A DNA stretch of 64,000 nt, taken from NCBI GenBank assembly GCA_964016885.1, contig OZ024743.1, forward strand, positions 148,552,001 to 148,616,000, given 5' to 3'. Positions 26,443 to 40,578 of the stretch are shown here, one piece after another (positions within the stretch are counted from its first letter, which is position 1; every line of letters begins with the position of its first letter). This DNA comes from Eledone cirrhosa. Taxonomy: Eukaryota. The notes beneath the pieces were generated by a model. The model made no database searches, had not been told where the DNA came from, and saw only the letters and a program-made list of their open reading frames with translations. Made by a program: the position numbers and the translations under genes.

Positions 26443-26445
<3 letters not shown>
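26009..26445. repeat. Near-perfect palindrome of about 315 bp with a unique 3' extension, TA-flanked
   Basis: 26009-26163 inverted at 26168-26325 with a loop of only a few nt. Confidence 0.92.
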
Positions 26446-26482
<37 letters not shown>

Positions 26483-26514
26483 TAAAAGAATAGAGGTGTA
26501 ACACACAGGTTATT

Positions 26515-26918
26515 ATATATTGGTAAACGGAATAGAAAATGCTGACAAATTGTTCACAGTGAAAAATAGTTTAATTAGGAATAAGTGAGAATTAGTAATT
26601 GTATTGGTTAGTATTCAGTTTTGGTTTTAAGTTTTACCGGTTGCGCATTTCTAAATGCTTTTCAAAAATAATTTTGAGATAGAGCGTCCGTGATGTTTGC
26701 TCTGATCTGATTAGTTTAGGGAATTCTACCTGTTTTTATGTTAAAAAATTGGCTCCAGCGGTATTAAAATAGGTTTTTGCGCCAATTCGTGTTGCAAAAA
26801 TTCTTGTGGTCAAAACAATTTTGATTGATCGGTAGAGGTCATGTGAATGTAAAAAATTGATTTTGCGCCAAGACTGAGAAATGACTCTTTCGCAACAAAT
26901 ATGTGTGTGTGTGTGTGT

Positions 26919-26954
<36 letters not shown>

Positions 26955-27283
26955 CGCAGAGTAATTCGTGGTAGAGGGATGGTCAGTAGGAATGTGTCTG
27001 TAAGTGAGTGGGGGATATTTTAACATGTTAAAATATATTTTTCATCTCTTGTCTTAAGTGTGTGTGTGTGTGTGTGTATGTGTGTGTGTGTGTGTGTGTG
27101 TATAAGTCTCTTTGTATGTTAATGTACGCGTGTGTATGTGTGTGAGAATGTGTGTGTGTGTGGGTGGACCAGTATTTTTTTCCCTGGAAAAATGGTGTAC
27201 ATTATTCGATATTTTCAGTAAAATCGATTCTCTCAATAGAACATCAAAAACCTTAATAATAAAAGGTGTGAAATGATATTCAC

Positions 27284-27285
<2 letters not shown>
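26515..27285 (-). repeat. Left arm of the long inverted repeat flanking PLE-1
   Basis: Reverse complement of 30495-31480; lacks the segment at about 30981-31085 between CA tracts. Confidence 0.93.
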
Positions 27286-27370
<85 letters not shown>

Positions 27371-27372
<2 letters not shown>

Positions 27373-30300
27373 CCTTCAACGCTGGGAAAAAAGTGCCGCT
27401 TGGGGTTCCTAGACTATGAATTGACTTTTCAAACGGATTACACCTCCAATAACCCGTTCATAAAAATAGGAAAACCCATAACTGAACCGCACAACTTCGC
27501 AAACCCCCAAGCCACTAACAAACGAAGAAGGAAGCACCACACCGAAGATGAACTTCCCAACCTCGCTACCATAAGAAGGAACAAAAACCCAAGAAATCAT
27601 CTCCCCCAGAATGACATTTACAACTTTCCCCCTTCAAGGAGACACCATACCAAATCACTCAACTACTACGCGGATGCCTCACCGTCAAACATAGGGAAAA
27701 GATACCACCACCATGATAGATATAACAACTTCCCCGCTTCAAGGGGACAGCAAGGTAATTTCCATTTTCTCAACTCTCGCTTCCACAATACACAACAAAC
27801 CCACACCACACGATACAACCAACAACGTAGGCCACCTATAACACCACAATACAACATGGCACATAGAAACACACACCCATACTCGCAGTACAGGAACACC
27901 CCATTCAATCTACACCCACCAAACCGAACCACAATTTTTTTTTTACAACAACAAGGAATATAACAAACACAGGAGACCACTTAAAATCAGCAGACAAACC
28001 CTCTACCCCAACCATTTTTTAGACACAGCTCACAGATACAGGCAAACAAAATAACACAAGACAGGGAGGAGAAACCGATAGTAATAAAAGTTATGAATCT
28101 TACTAGTGCAGAACCAACACCCAACCTTATCAACTTACTCTCCAAAGGTCTTAAATTCACACCGACCCCACTACGTCCTAACTACTATGAAATGAAGGAA
28201 GACATCACAGATTTCTGTAGAAAGTTACGACTCAGTGAACAACTATTCGACCAGTACAATGGGGATGAATCATTAGCCAGAAATAGAAGCAATTACACCC
28301 CATCAAAAGGTAAAAATAAAATCATGGACGAATTCTGTGAACACATCACAAACTTCCCTAACCAACACTTGCACAAACAAAAACACAAGCCAAACCTCAA
28401 CTAGAAAGAATGGGAAGAATTAAATAGATTAAAAACCGACAGAACCATTACAATTAAAGAGGCTGATAAAGGGAGTACAGTAGTCCTAATGGAGACAGAA
28501 TTCTATATCAACTTAGCGCTCTCCACTTTGGAAAACGAAACATACTACGAAAAGGCTGAACACTACAATCAACAGAAAATTATGAGAAACCTAAAAACTC
28601 TAATCAACCAATACAAAGAAGGACTCACTAACAAGGAATTCAGCTTCATCACAGACTTCACAAGTAAATCCAGCCTTTTCTACGGTATCCCTAAAGTACA
28701 TAAAAGCGAATTAATAAGTAAGGCATGCAAGGAAGCCACAGACATAGTCATCAATGTCCCCTCACCCAATGATCTCAAATTAAGACCTATAATAGCAGGC
28801 CCCGCTTGCGAAACCCACCGCCTTAGCAACTTCATTGATACCCTTCTCAAGCCCTTTCTCAAACACATCAAAAGCTATATAAGGGACGACCTAGATATGC
28901 TCAATCACCTCCCTAATATGCCACTTTCTGAACAAACCCTACTAGGGACGTTCGATGTAGTCAACCTATACTCCAACATCCCCCACAACCTAGGAATAGA
29001 AGCTATCCAATTCTGGCTGGATAATTACCACAATGAACTCCCACAACGCATCAAAAAAGAATTCGTGATAGAGGGACTCAAATTTATCTTGGAGAACAAT
29101 TACTTCGTTTTCAATAACAAACCCTACAGGCAGAAATCTGGGACCGCTATGGGAACGAAAACAGCCCCCACTTATGCCAACCTAGTCATGGGATAGCTGG
29201 AAATCACCCTCTACACTAAAGTCCTAAACAAATTTGGAAACACTCTCCACTTACACATAGAAAGGAACTGGAAGCGATATCTAGATGACTGCTTCATCCT
29301 TTGGCACGAAAACATCGAGAAACTTAAAGAATTTCACACCCTTATAAATGGGCTCAACACGAATATTAACTTCACGATGGAATACAGCCATCAACAACTC
29401 CCCTTCTTCGACATCCTCATTAAGATCCATAACAAAAAAATAGAAACAGACATATACTACAAGCCCACAGACTCCAAGCAATATCTTCCTTTCAACTCTT
29501 GCCACCCTAGACACGTTAAAATTAATATTCCCTACAACTTAGCCAAGAGAATCTGTACTAGAGTCTCCAATAAAAACACCTGCTACTTACGGCTACAAGA
29601 ACTAAAGGACACACTCATAGGTAGGGACTACCATGCATCACTAATTGACAATGGAATCCAACGTGCCCTAAAACTCAGTACCCAGGACCTTAGACACCCT
29701 AAAGTAAATCAACCGAAACTAAAAGCTCTTCCATACATCTCCACACACAACCCCCTCAACAATGAGGCCTTTGACACCATCCTCCAGAACATCCCTGTGT
29801 TGAAAAAGGACCACAGAATGAACCAAATCCTACGAACACACGATATCATAAAGAGCAAAAGACAATCTAAGTCAATGAAAAACATCCTAACACATGCCAA
29901 AGTACTGCCAACCACAACAACGAAACCCACAGTAAAAAAATGCGATAGACCCAACTGTGGCATTTGCATCAACCTAATAGAGGGTTCGGAATTCTATTTC
30001 AAAGAAGGACAACGTGTTATAGTAAAACACAATTTCACATGTGCATCGGAAAATCTAATATATGTATTAACTTGCTCATGTTGTCGAGAACAATACATAG
30101 GCCAGACCAAAAACAGCCTCCGCCAACGCTTGACTGTCCATAGATCCCAAATTAAAATACGGGAATACAGGAAAATACCACTGAGTGAACACATTGATAC
30201 CTCTGCCGCCCAAAATCATCCCAACTTCAGAATCTTTCCCCTCTACAAATTTAAAGATAATGCCACCCACACCCAGTGCATCAGCAAGGAATCTTACTTT

Positions 30301-30448
30301 ATTAACAAATACGGACCCCGTCTAAACACTTCTCCCTAAGGCGAACCCACAACAGACACACGTCAACATACATACCTACATCAGCACACATCTCTACCCA
30401 CATATAAACACAATGACATACGTAAACACACATGTTCTATGGTGCAAC

Positions 30449-30452
<4 letters not shown>
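27371..30452 (+). mobile_element. Penelope-like element PLE-1 (Neptune-like)
   Basis: RT plus C-terminal GIY-YIG; bounded by (TA)n on both sides. Confidence 0.93.
28021..30339 (+). pseudogene. PLE-1 RT/GIY-YIG ORF interrupted by two TAG stops (28402, 29194)
   Basis: ORFs 28093, 28489 and 29377 share one frame: LLSKGLKFTP, ADKG, YGIPKVHK, LRPII, FDVVNLYSNI, GTAMG, RYLDDCF, SCHP, CxxxxCxxC linker, NLIYVLTC..C..QYIGQT..LRQR. Confidence 0.93.
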
Positions 30453-30494
<42 letters not shown>

Positions 30495-30501
<7 letters not shown>

Positions 30502-30639
30502 ATATCATTTCACACCTTTTATTATTAAGGTTTTTGATGTTCTATTGAGAGAATCGATTTTACTGAAAATATCGAATAATGTACACCATTTTACCAGGGA
30601 AACAAATACTGCCCCCCCCCCCACACACACACACATTCT

Positions 30640-30679
<40 letters not shown>

Positions 30680-30861
30680 CACACGCACACATACACACGC
30701 GTACATTAACATACAAAGAGACTTATACACACACACACACACACACATACACTTCTCCGTATAAGACAAGAGCTGAAAAATATCTTTTAACATGTTAAAA
30801 TATCCCCCACTCACTTACAGACACATTCCTACTGACCATCCCTCTACCACGAATTACTCTG

Positions 30862-30905
<44 letters not shown>

Positions 30906-30918
30906 ACACACACACACA

Positions 30919-30984
<66 letters not shown>

Positions 30985-31472
30985 TCTTAATAGGCATTTG
31001 AACTGTCAACAGGCTGCGGTTCGCACACACATCCCTGCAAACCATTATCACAACAACGAACACTTTACTACTACTACTACTACACACACACACATATTTG
31101 TTGTGAAAGAGTCATTTCTCAGTCTTGGCACAAAATCAATTTTTTACATTCACATGACCTCTACCGACCAATCAAAATTGTTTTGACCACAATAATTTTT
31201 GCAACACGAATTGGCGCAAAAACCTATTTTAATACCGCTGGAGCCACTTTTTTAACATAAAAACAGGTAGAATTTCCAAAACTAATCAGATCAGAGCAAA
31301 CATCACGGACGCTCTATCTCAAAATTATTTTTGAAAAGCATTTAGAAATGCGCAACCGGTAAAACTTAAAACCAAAACTGAATACTAACCAATACAATTA
31401 CTAATTCTCACTTATTCCTAATTAAACTATTTTTCACTGTGAACAATTTGTCAGCATTTTCTATTCCGTTTA

Positions 31473-31480
<8 letters not shown>
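30495..31480 (+). repeat. Right arm of the long inverted repeat flanking PLE-1
   Basis: Matches 26515-27285 in reverse; contains CA tracts. Confidence 0.93.
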
Positions 31481-31515
<35 letters not shown>

Positions 31516-31567
31516 GAAAAAGTGAAGAAGAACATGGTCAACAGTACAAAAAAGGGATATATTTACA

Positions 31568-31673
31568 GTCTAACAATTGTTTCACTGATTAAGTTGTCTA
31601 AAAATTGCTGAACACTAGAAGCAGTACCATTCAATTTCAAATACGATGTTAGCCTAATCAGATCATCAGAGAC
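31568..31673 (-). ncRNA. Hammerhead in the inverted 5' pLTR of PLE-2
   Basis: GTCT-CTGATGA-tCTGATTAG...TTAATCAGt-GAAAC-AATT-GTT-AGAC. Confidence 0.82.
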
Positions 31674-31765
31674 AACTATCCGGTAAATTTACAAATTCAA
31701 ATTGCAGCATCATTAATAATATTAATAATAAAGATAGAGCGAAAAAAAGAAAGATAGATAGATAA

Positions 31766-33864
31766 CAAGCTACAAAATAATATCAATGCACTACTAAAAA
31801 AATTGCGTAACACCAATGGTATTATAGTAAAGGAAGACAAAACATCAAACGTATAAACCATGAGCCTTAATACATACAACAATTTTATACGCCGGGAATT
31901 ACATAAAAAATACAAGAAAACTACAGAGTCTACACTCAATAACATTAACAAGGAAGTACTTAGTATAATAAAAAAACTTAAAATATCTGATAGAACCGAA
32001 CCTCTAACCCCTTGTAAACCCACTTTTAATCTGAAGGATCATAAATGTAACTTCGAAACTGACCCTACTATTAGATTAATATGCCCATCAAAATCAGATA
32101 TAGGCAAAATTAGCAAGTTTATACTAGATAGAAAAATACCAAAAATTAAAGAAAAACTAATAATCAAGCTCTGGGATAACACTAATGAAGCAATAGATTG
32201 GTTTAATACATTAGACAATAGAGAATATTCAGACTTCATACAATTTGACATTAATTACTACTACTCTTCTATTTCCCCAGTAACCCTAAATAAGGCACTA
32301 TCCTTTGCACAAAACAACTCTGACCTGTCACCAGAGGAAATTAAAATAATACTAGCTGCTAGAAGAACAATCATTAGATTCGACAATAGTTACTGGGAAA
32401 GAAAAAATAGACAAAATAACTTCGATATAACTATGGGATCAAATGATTCAGTCCAAGTTACGGACATTGTCGGAATATTTATAGCACATATCTTACATAA
32501 GGAATTTGATAACCTACAAGGAGGAATTTATAGAGACGATACATTACTTTTAGCTAAAAACCTAAATAATCAAAACTTAGAAAGATTACGGAAAAATATT
32601 AGAAAATTCTTTAATAAATTAAGCCTTAACAATACTATTGAACTCAACTCTAAAAAAGCTAACTTCTTAGATGTATCGCTTAACCTAAACACTGGACTAA
32701 TAGAACCCTTCCATAAAAATAATGAAAATTTAGCTTACATTAATTATAACTCTAATCACCCTCGATCCATAACTAACTCCATAGCACATAGTATATCCCT
32801 TAGAATATCGCGCCTATCTTCTTACCTAGAGATTTTTAACGAACACGCTAACTACTACAACATAGCTTTACTTAAGGCAGGCCATAAAGAGAGACTCAAA
32901 TACATACCAGATACAAAAAATAACAACACACTTAATAGAAATAACACTATCCACACCTATAGAAGCAACAAATCTAGGACTAAACATAGAAATTGGCAAC
33001 AAGCACGAGAATTAATTGAAAAGAATACTAATATAAAGACCACTAGTAACTATAGAAGATGCAGAGATAGAAAGTACGTATAGTTCAATCCAGTATTTAA
33101 CTCCTCTATAAAAACAAAACTACATTACACTTTCTTCAAATTAGTTGACAAACACTTCCCTAAAATTCATAAATATAATAAAATCTTTAATAGAAAAAAC
33201 TATCAAACTATCATACTCAACTGCCAACAACATAGAATCGCAATACATAAAATTAACTATAAAAGAATTTATAATACAAGTAGCCCGCAAATAAGTACCA
33301 TAACACCAAATACAAAACACAAGCATATAACATAATCGCAACCAAACACACGTCAGAACACATCACCACAATACATCAACAAACCCAATTCTCAGCCCGT
33401 ACATAACAACTTGCAAAACCATATCGAAGGCATCTAAATGTAACTGTCATCTACCTGACAAATGCCCATTACAAAATAGATGTCTGGAATCAAATATAGT
33501 GTACCTATGTACTATAAATTCAGGCAGCTTAGCATGGCACTACATAGGTTCCACAGCTGGGGAGTTTAAGAAAAGGTGGTATGTCCATAGATACTCTATG
33601 AATAGCATGAAGCTCATAAATAGAACAATACTCGCCAATAAAATCTGGCAACTCAGAGATGCAAGCATGGATTATAAAATCAGCTGGACAAAGCTATCAA
33701 CAGCAATAGCCTATCGAATTGGCATGTCCCACTGTAGTCTTTGGAATATGGAGCTTTTCCAAATTTTAAATTACAACCAAATGCTACTTAACAGTAAAAT
33801 TGAAAGAACTATTTTCTGTAGGCATAAAACAGCGACCAAATTTGAGAACTTTAGACCAGCTTAA
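31766..33864 (+). pseudogene. PLE-2 RT/GIY-YIG ORF with a nonsense codon at 33081 and downstream frameshift(s)
   Basis: LKDHK.NF, RLICPSKSDIGKISK, QFDI..YYSSI, FDITMGS, YRDD, FLDV, SNHP, (W)FNP, CNC....CPL...CL..NIVY...YIGST..FKKR. Confidence 0.92.
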
Positions 33865-34618
33865 TTCATCTAATCTATTCCATAACCCAAATTGTACCAC
33901 TTAGATCTATTATAATATCCCATTATCATCATTATTATTATAATTGTCATCATCTATCAATGAACCAACATCATAACCTCTTATATTTTACATTCATATT
34001 TTATATATCTCTATCTTTCACTTTCTATCTTTCTATTTCTATCCTTAAATTTATTTCATATCTGGCATTTTATCTTATTTTCACTTCTAATATAACTTAC
34101 AACTACTTAATCAAATAATTAATTAATTATATAATTAATTTATTAAAATAACCAATACACACATAAATATATTTAACATTATCATGTTTATACCTTCGTA
34201 TCTCTATATGTTAACCACTCTCAATAACCACTTTCAATAATCTTAATATGTTTTAATTTCTTCGCACATTTTTCTTATTTATTTTCATATTTTGCATTAT
34301 TTTGTATCATCCTCGATGTAACTTGTTTATTTTTTATTTATTTACATTTATTAATTTATTGTTGATATCATTATTTTCCCTCTATTTTTCTTTTCTCTAC
34401 CTTTATTTCTCATTTATCCTTTTCTCTCCTCTTTCTATCCTCCTTTCCCTATGTCTTTTTTTCTCTATATATCTTTCTCTTTTTTCCTTTCTCCTTTTAC
34501 TTTTTCCTTTTTCTTTCTTTCTTTTATCTATCTCTCTTTCTTTTTTTTCTCTCTCTATCTTTATTATTAATATTATTAATGATGTTGTAATTTGAATTTG
34601 TAAATTTACCGGAGAGTT

Positions 34619-34724
34619 GTCTCTGATGATCTGATTAAGCTAACATCGGATTTGAAATTGAGTGGCGCTGCTTCTAGTGTTCAGCACTTTTTAGACAACT
34701 TAATCAGTGAAACAACTGTTAGAC
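34619..34724 (+). ncRNA. Hammerhead in the 3' pLTR of PLE-2, sense to the ORF
   Basis: GTCT-CTGATGA-tCTGATTAAG...CTTAATCAGt-GAAAC-AACT-GTT-AGAC. Confidence 0.82.
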
Positions 34725-34946
34725 TGTAAATAAATCCCATTTTTGTACTGTTGATCATGTTATTCTTCACTTTTTCAATGTTATTACTCCAAGATAAACT
34801 TACATAGGAATACAAGTGAAATCATAAACTCGCCATCTACGTAAACCTCTTGTTGAGTCAAACAAAGGTGTACACTAAAACTATCCATAAAAATAAGTAT
34901 TCACAACCTCTAATTGGATTACCTATAACGATATTTTGTTATCCCT

Positions 34947-34995
<49 letters not shown>

Positions 34996-35009
34996 TTACA
35001 TATACACAC

Positions 35010-35066
<57 letters not shown>

Positions 35067-35094
35067 TATATATACACATATATCTACATATATC

Positions 35095-35214
<120 letters not shown>

Positions 35215-35233
35215 TCTACATATATAAATATAT

Positions 35234-35290
<57 letters not shown>

Positions 35291-35432
35291 TTATATATAT
35301 GTATATATATCCTTATCATCCTTTCATATCCACATTTCATTTCCATGGATGTATCTGTGTATGTATCTATATATATGTATACACACACACAAACACACAC
35401 GCACACACTCACACACACACACACACACACAC

Positions 35433-35515
<83 letters not shown>

Positions 35516-36149
35516 GTATGCATATATATATATATATATTGTGGGTGAGAGGGAATTAAATAAATAGATATAGATATATTCATTAATATACATGCCCAAT
35601 ACAATATATGCATCTATACATGCACACAAGCACGCACTCACACAGACACACATGCATATATTTCATTTTTCTGGGGGTTTTATGTAATTTCATCAGGTTG
35701 TCAATACATCCATGAAAAAATATACATTGATTTTACCTACTGGTATCTTGGATCATCTTTTGTATTTTTGTTCTCTTTGTTGCTCAAAGGCACAAATAGA
35801 TAAACTGAGATAATGATGGGAATATTTATTGTTTAAAATATAGCTGTATTAAAAATGTTGTGAATGTGGAAATGTCATACGAGAATAAAGGATTAAAGTA
35901 ATAATGGATGCAATACAATATTTGGGTGCATGAAATGCAAGTTCTAAGGAAGAGAATATTGGGGGAGAATTGTTTAGTATATATGATATATGTATCTCAC
36001 CATGTGTATCAGGTATAATATAGGTACACCATATATCTGTGAGACAACTACAACAGCTGCTACCAAAACGGGCTCATGGCTATAAAATAATGCCTCAAAA
36101 AGGAAGTCATGTTAAGCATAATAACACATGGACAGGGTACAGCCTGAAG

Positions 36150-38740
36150 TACCTCATGAGCGTCCTCACTCACTCTTGTTATAATTCAAGGCAGGGAAGC
36201 TGATTGAAACAAGGAAGGAGTTCAGTCCATTTATAAAGCTCAAGTGCCTGATGTATATGAGGCCTGAGATGTGGAATGTAAGGATGATGACTGGGAGATT
36301 GAGAAAAGTGGTTGAAGCAATGAATAGAAGTGCAGGAGAGAAGATAGAAGGGAAGTTGTGCAAGAATGGTTAAAGCAAGACAAGGACAGAAGTACAAGTT
36401 TGTGTGAGAGGGGTGTCCACATGGTGTGCATAGTATTTTTGTTTTGATTTCTGCAGTGTTTATATTCAGTATGGTGAGTGTGACTAGAATAAATAAATGG
36501 TTGATGATGGTCAAACAGCTGATTGGAAGATTCTTTGTGAACATCATCTCAGGATATGTCCCACAAGCAGGTCAGAGATTCGGTGTGCAATGGAGAAGAT
36601 GATTGAAAACATGAAAGATGATGGGAGGCAATTTCTATGAACATGTAGGAAGGAGTATGGATAGTTTTGAGAGAGTCCCAGGGGGCTACAAAAATGGTTT
36701 GAGGAATGAAGAAGGTGAAAGGGTTTTGGAGCTTACTGATGGAGTTGAGATTACAGTTTATAACACCCAATTATATATGCACCCAGTTATATACACATTG
36801 GGTAGGTTTTCATCATCTGTTGACTACCTGATGGTATGTGGGCAAGATAGGGGGATCTTTCATGACACAAAGGTAATCCGAGGAAAAGACATTGTTACAG
36901 AACTCCATCTATTTGTCTATGACCTGGCTGAATGGTATGAGAAGAGTTAAGCAAAGGAAATATCAACTAAGACTGAAGATGTGATAGAAGAAGCTCTGAC
37001 AGAAACTGAATATATTAGATCACACAAATGAACTTTGTATGAAGTGTATTTGGATGTCATTGAAAGCTGGTTTGTGAAGGGCTGTTAGTGATGATGGGTA
37101 GACAAAAGGACTCACAAAACACTTGAAAACAGAGCGGGGGCGGGGGATAATACATCTGGAAAGAGGATTGATGAGAAAATGTGAAGATTCATAGAATGGC
37201 AGAGACAAGGATGTGGTAGCAGAAGAAACAGCCTATCAAGGTTACAATGTAGCCAAGAGTGCTGCAAAGATGTGACAAGAGCACAAGCTGCTCATATGGA
37301 AAATGAATACACCAGAACAGGGTTAGGGAGAGGTTAGCTAGAGAGATGTGACAGGGGTGAACTGCTTGAAGAAAGAAGTGAGAAATAGTTGTAGACTCAG
37401 ATAGAATAAAGACAGAAGTAAGATATATATGGAGAGATTGTTGAATGTGGAGAAAGAATGGGATGACAACATAAAGATCTATCTAGTTTTCAGATGAGCA
37501 GAAGAGATAGCCAAGGAAGGGGTTGTAGGAGATATATTAAAGGCAGTGTGAAGAGGATAACAGGGATCTGTAGGTTGATAGTGAAAAGAAACTATATAGA
37601 AGTGGATTGGGTGATGAATACTCTCATTCCTCTGCAAAAGTATAAAGATGGTCCTTTAAACTGGGGTCTATATAGAGAAGATGGGCTATTGGAACATGGA
37701 GTGAAAGTATTGGAAAGAATGTTAGAGAAGTGCATAAGGAAAAAAGTGAATTCAGACAAAATACAAAAAAAGGAAGGATTAATGCAATTTTTGTTTTGAG
37801 GCAATTACAGCAAAACTAATGTTTTTGTAGGTTTTTTCATCTGAAGAAAGCTTTTGATAGGGTTTCATGTGAAATAGTGACATGGGCATTGTGAAAGTTG
37901 GGATTGGAGGAATTGTTTGTAAGCATATAGATGACATTGTAAAGCACATATGGTCATAATAATACAAGACAGGGACAGTGATGGATAAATTTGAAGTGAA
38001 GGTTGGAGTGCACCAGTGATTAGTATTATACCAACAACTATTAGTAGCTGTGATGGAGGTACTGACCAGAAGTGTAAAGGAAGGTTTACCATTGGAGTTG
38101 CTGTTCACAGATAACCTTATGGTAATAGCAGAGATTACGGATGGACTGAGAGAGAAAATGAATTGTTGGAAGGAATATATGGAACCAAAATGTATGAACG
38201 AGAATACAGGAAAGATGAAAGTGATGGAAAGTAGTAAAGCATTTGTGTTGAAATGGAAAGAACAGGAAGTTGCCTGTGTGCAGTGTGGAGAAAAGGTGTT
38301 GGAGTGAACTTCATTAAATGTATGATATGCACTGGGTGAGATGTATGTAATGAATGCAGAGCAAGAATGGAAATAAGAATGGTCTGCTGGATGAGTGGAA
38401 TATCACTGAACAGAAGACAAACAATGAATCTCAGAGGATAATTGGAATAGAATTAGTGATGAATATTGTGAATAGAAATGGAATGAAATGGTTGGGTCAT
38501 CCTTTGAGGAAAGATGAACGTGACTGGGTGAGACAAGTGATGGAAAGCAATATGGAAGGAAGTAGAAGAAGGGAACGACCAAGAAAAACATGACTAAAAC
38601 TGATGGGAAAGAAAATGAAAGCCAAGGGAATGTTGATTATGGGATACAGTTGATAGACGAAAATGGTGAAATTTGTCATAGGACTTGCAAGCTTAAATCT
38701 TGGCTTAGCAGGAAAGGTGGGCCTTAAAATTCTTATCAGT
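36150..38740 (+). mobile_element. Highly degenerate, near full-length RTE LINE (AP endonuclease plus RT)
   Basis: GNFYEHVG, RNEEGERVLE, VDYLMV, FEVKVGVHQ, PLELLFTDNL, KWLGH, RPRKT across broken frames. Confidence 0.85.
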
Positions 38741-39600
38741 ATATACAATATATAGCGGAATTGATAAGAAGTAAAGCAGTGAGAGTGTGTTTTCAGGGCT
38801 TGTTTGCCTTCTATGGAACAGTTTTATTCATAGTTTAAGCCTTTTGATAGTTTAGTATCTTCCAGTTCATAAAAAGATATATGATCAAAAAAGTTTCTTC
38901 TACTTACATTTAATAGAAAACTCAAAATATTTGTATTATGTTTATTTGGTTTATTGAATGACTATTGCTGTCTCTTCATGCAACTGCACATGCATATTCA
39001 TTATTCCATTATTACAACTTCCTCCACTTTATTTACAAAACAATAGGTAGGTCCATTTACAAGCATTATGCTATACTATAAATATGAAAATAAAGTATTT
39101 ATATTTGAATTAAAATTTCCCCACATATTTTTATATACAATAAGAACCATTTTATTTAGTTGTTCCCAACACCAGCTTAATAATTTTTATCTAATATTGG
39201 CACAAGGCCAGAAGTTTGAGGGAAGGGGAAAGTCAATTATACCAGCCTTGGAGGTAAGAAGGGCAAAGTTCATCTTGGCAGGATTTGAACTTAGAGCTGG
39301 AGTAAATACTGCAAAGCATTAGTCTGGTTGCCTAAGAGCTCAACTATTCCACCTGCCTACACCAGCTAAATCACGAAAATTCTAATTATTTTACTAAATA
39401 CTTCCAAATTCTTGATTATTTTCAAAGTTAAAAACCATTGGCATTACATTCGTTAGAAATATGGTTCAAAAAGATTTGAAGTATGCTCCATTTGTTTCAC
39501 ATTGCATATTTTTGTTGTTAATAGAAAGTTTAACGGTTATGTCAAATAACATGCATGACGACATAGGTAACCATTTAATGCTATAGTATTTATATCTATT

Positions 39601-39782
39601 ATTCCACTGCAAAGTGGTCGTGGAGGTGCCACGGCAAAAAAAGCACCCAGCACTCACTGTAAATGAGGTTGGTGTTAGGAAGGGCATCCAGCTGTAGAAA
39701 TCAACCGAGAATCAGTTCCCGTCCCACCCTTGCAAGCAGGGAAAAGCGGACGTAAAATGATGATGATGATGATGATGTTGAT
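39601..39782 (+). mobile_element. 5'-truncated SINE/RTE tail, nearly identical to 4229-4390
   Basis: Direct sequence match; (GAT)n tail. Confidence 0.85.
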
Positions 39783-40212
39783 GATATAGTGCTTATGTAT
39801 ATTAATAACATGCTGCTTCGATTGTCTCTGAGTCAAAAACATAAACACACTTTTTCTTCTCTGTATTTTCTTTGCTTTTTTCCTTAAAGCCTCTTGGAAT
39901 GTGTTTACCATCACTCTGTTGGTATAAATCTATTTTGCAATTTACACCTGAAGATGTCACTGGGTTCTTATGCAACCTGGCCACTGAAATGTGCATAGTA
40001 TTTGCAGGAATAAATAATTAAGGAAAAACAACCTATTTGGCCTCCTGTCATTTTAATTTATCATATATATATATATATATATGCAAAAGTTCTATTTAAA
40101 TTGTTGGGATACAACAAGCAAATATTTTTATAACTGATATAAAGCACTCAACAAGTATTTGGAGTAAATATACGATATTAACAAATGGAAACTATATTTA
40201 TAAAACCATATT

Positions 40213-40277
40213 TATTTTATTATACATATTTCAAGGACACCACGTTAAATTATGGTGTGCTTTCATCAGACAAAATA
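40213..40277 (-). ncRNA. Type I hammerhead, AUA cleavage triplet
   Basis: Reverse complement of 40414-40478. Confidence 0.85.
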
Positions 40278-40413
40278 CAATATAGACCAGTTTTATAAAT
40301 AAATATTGACATACCCTTAAAAAATGCAACCTTTACTGTTAGAAGCCCCCGGGAGTAATGGTTGCATTTTTTAAGGGTATGTTAATATTTATTTATAAAA
40401 CTGGTCTATATTG

Positions 40414-40478
40414 TATTTTGTCTGATGAAAGCACACCATAATTTAACGTGGTGTCCTTGAAATATGTATAATAAAATA
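40414..40478 (+). ncRNA. Type I hammerhead, AUA cleavage triplet
   Basis: TATTTTGT-CTGATGA-AAGcACACCAT...GTGGTGTcCTT-GAAAT-ATGT-ATA-ATAAAATA. Confidence 0.85.
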
Positions 40479-40517
40479 AATATGGTTTTATAAATATAGT
40501 TTCCATTTGTTAATATC

Positions 40518-40573
<56 letters not shown>

Positions 40574-40578
<5 letters not shown>

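Larger units (their letters stand above)
31513..34948 (+). mobile_element. Penelope-like element PLE-2 (Nematis-like), 5'-truncated with an inverted partial pLTR
   Basis: 31513-31765 is the reverse complement of 34525-34779; ORF lies between; (TA)n on both sides. Confidence 0.93.
40082..40520. mobile_element. TA-flanked fold-back element with one hammerhead per arm
   Basis: 40169-40337 inverted at 40354-40522. Confidence 0.9.

Noticed and set aside
28402-33083. In-frame stops in the PLE ORFs as programmed recoding (e.g. selenocysteine)
   Set aside because: The stops are TAG rather than TGA, and those at 29194 and 33081 fall where Tyr and Trp are expected; ordinary nonsense decay is simpler
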